In this document: positions 61,188-64,000 of the stretch, one piece after another
How the letters are laid out: each line of letters opens with the position of its first letter
Position numbering within the stretch: position 1 is the stretch's first letter
NCBI RefSeq assembly: GCF_006345805.1
Contig: NC_043002.1
Coordinates: 88,536,001 to 88,600,000 of the forward strand
Length of the DNA stretch: 64,000 nucleotides
Direction: 5' to 3'
Source: Octopus sinensis
Taxonomy: Eukaryota
Program-made: the position numbers and the translations under genes
Notes under the pieces: model-generated
The model's input: the letters and a program-made list of their open reading frames with translations, nothing else
The model's database searches: none
Told to the model about the DNA's origin: nothing

Positions 61188-61828
61188 CATCATCCCTGTT
61201 TTATACTGTTTAGCAGTTCTAGTATTTCATGTTAAATAATTTAGGCACAGTATTCATTATCTTCATCACTTCTACACACAGACTACTCAGCTATTTTTTA
61301 GATAACAAGATAGTTTAGTGAATTATCAGATATCATTTATTAGTAGCTGCAAAATCTATGAGGCGTTTTCAAAGTATCATAAGGGTAACTATAAAATTCA
61401 TGTTTTTATAATTCTCATTAAGACAACTGACGTTTTTCGTTTTTACTTTCTTTCTTCTTTGCACATGATTTTCCCCTCCCTAAATAAGAGAAGTAGCCAA
61501 CACATAGAATTTCAAAGGAGACAAGAGAATAATTACCGGCTCAACACATGTACCCTTTCACTTTCACTCACACATGCATACGAAACCTCTTGATTGTTTT
61601 TTGTTGTTTTTTTAATCATTTTTATGACTAAGTACAGACAAGAGAGAATCTGGTGTTGATAAAGTTGTTTCCTGGTTACTGATTTGGTTTATTTTGCAAT
61701 GCAAATTAAAACCAGTAAAGGAAAATGTTAATAGACACTCACACACACACACACATTTATATTTACATGTATGTATGTATGTATGTATGTATGTATGTAT
61801 GTATGTATATATATATATATATATATGT

Positions 61829-61886
<58 letters not shown>

Positions 61887-61889
61887 GTA

Positions 61890-61924
<35 letters not shown>

Positions 61925-61994
61925 TTATTTATATATATATATATCTGTATATATGTATATATATATGTATATATATATATAATATATATATATA

Positions 61995-62057
<63 letters not shown>

Positions 62058-62810
62058 ATGTATATATATATATATAATATATATATATATATAATATATA
62101 TATAAAGCAGTGCCTTCAAAACTGTCATATGATAAACATTATCTACCAAAGGGATAGGATGTGTAGTTTTAGATAAGAAGACCCATTATGAGCATGAAAA
62201 ATGGATAGTGTTATCAGTTTTATGGAGAAGATTATAGTCTCTCCTATTCAGTTAGGAAATTAACTTTCAAAAGAAAAACTATTTTTATATTTACCCAAAA
62301 TGAGGAAAGAACTTGTTTATAGAGAAGGAAATATTTCTCTTTCCTAGCTATGATGTTCTTTTTTCAGTTGGTTCTTGGGGTTTACTATCAAAATTTTTCT
62401 CCTTTAGTATTTGTTAAGCAAGTAATGAGTGTTGTAATGCACTGATTGTTAGTGCATACATTAGTTCAATATTGTACATCTATTTAGTGATTCTGTTATC
62501 AATGTTTTGATAACTACAGAGAAATTTATGCTTTGCTGAAAGGGTCAAATAATACAGAAACATATCTGTAGTTGTCTCCCCAACTTGCCAAATTGATTAA
62601 AATAATATTAGCTAATGCATCTTTTCTGTTTATTTATTCTAATTTATTCTAATTTATTCTGTCTATTTATTCTAATTGCATTTTGAGGTCCATGCTTTAT
62701 GTTAACATCAATTTACCAATACTCATGTTGTTGTTGTTGTTGTTTAAGCCAAGAATCCAGCTTTAAAAGCATTGCAGTCAAGAACCATTCCATCTTCTTT
62801 TTAGATATAA

Positions 62811-63400
62811 CTAGTAGTATTGCCCGGTGTTGCTTGGGTTTGTTTCGACCCTTTAGAATTGGAATTTTTGAAAAGTAAAAATTTTGCACTATGTAGCTTG
62901 TTATTATCTTTAAGTGAACATTTTTCTGGTTGAAATACACCGAAAAATGGTGACACAGCAGTCAAAAAATCGTATAAAACAGGGATTTTCATAGAAAAAA
63001 AGCACCTTTTTGGTGTTAACATAGTCCAATTTGAATTTTATCTTCTACGGAATGAAGAGCAAGCCTTCTTCTGTTATACCCTCAATTTTGGTCAACTTGT
63101 GCCGCAGTGTCTCGGAGGAGATAGTGTTAGTTGAAGGCTAACAAACCTGCCATACACAGACAACTTTATATATAGAGAGATTTTCATAGAAAAAAAGCAC
63201 CTTTTTGACGTAAATGATTTTTGGTGTTAACATGGTCCGATTTGAATTTTTTTCTTCTACGGAAGGAAGAGCAAGCCTTCTTCTATCATACACTCAATTT
63301 TGGTCAACTTGTGCCGCAGGGTCTCGGAGGAGATAGTGTTAGTTGAAGGCTACCAAACCTGCCACACACAGACAACTTCAGCTTTATATATATATAAAGA
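62811..63400 (-). mobile_element. Complete non-autonomous Helitron (590 bp) with a duplicated 5' segment
   Basis: A|TC start at 63400; CTAG|T end at 62811 preceded by GC-rich CCC..GCAAC.CCGGG; about 200-bp block present twice (62990-63180, 63180-63395). Confidence 0.85.
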
Positions 63401-64000
63401 TGTATTTAGAAATACATTAAACAATATCCCCACCCCTTTTTTAAGGCAGTAGGGTATGATATAAGAAAGATCTGTATACTCGTTTTAGCATGTCTCATTA
63501 GGTTCATCTATGATCATCTGTCATCAGTAACACTGTGAGGCAACTTGGGCAAGTATCTCCAATTATAGACCCAATCAAACCAAAGCCTTGTGAGTGGATT
63601 TGGTACATGGAAACTGTATACATACATACAGGGCTGGCACTAGAAACTGTGAGGCCCAGTTAGAGAATTGTGAGTTGGGGCTCTCTACTCTACAAAACCT
63701 GAAGATTTGATGCGTTATGCTTCATGTAGTCTACCAGTCCCAACCCAAAAGCATTGAAAGCTTGAGGCTTCACCATTAGCCACAATGATATACTAAAAAT
63801 TCAACATAGTGCCCTCTGCTCGAGTGTTTGTGTGTGTGTGGGGGGGGGAAGGGCCTCTCTTGGTGTAGGGTTCAATTTGAACAAACCTGTCTAATTAGCT
63901 TAAAACTGGCCCTCCATACACACAAATACATGTATATATATATATACATACATACATACATAGTAAGTATGTATACACACACACACACACACACAAACAA

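Overview
The window is AT-rich, microsatellite-saturated eukaryotic (animal) DNA made almost entirely of transposable elements. I found no supportable host protein-coding exon, rRNA, bona fide tRNA gene or CRISPR array. From memory, the SINE, RTE-tail and Helitron families resemble coleoid cephalopod (Octopus-like) repeats; that is an inference needing BLAST. Contents: (1) a very young, compact 4258-bp Ty3/Gypsy-type LTR retrotransposon (18311-22568; 277-bp LTRs differing at 2 sites; TTAGT TSD). It has a textbook -1 frameshift signal (G GGA AAC plus pseudoknot). Instead of a TGG-type PBS it has a 12-nt tract exactly complementary to the 5' END of metazoan tRNA-Phe, the most unusual feature of the window. 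(2) Several Penelope-like (PLE) fragments and terminal repeats carrying about ten minimal type-I hammerhead ribozyme motifs, from canonical to variant-core. (3) Many R4/Dong-type RLE non-LTR fragments chained through (TAA)n microsatellites. (4) A near full-length RTE LINE with a PHD finger in ORF2 and an amplified 3' UTR, interrupted by a satellite-bearing insert. (5) A cluster of Helitron remnants, a full-length dead mariner, mariner/piggyBac-type MITEs, and at least four tRNA-derived SINE types. Boundaries of degenerate elements are approximate (read by eye).
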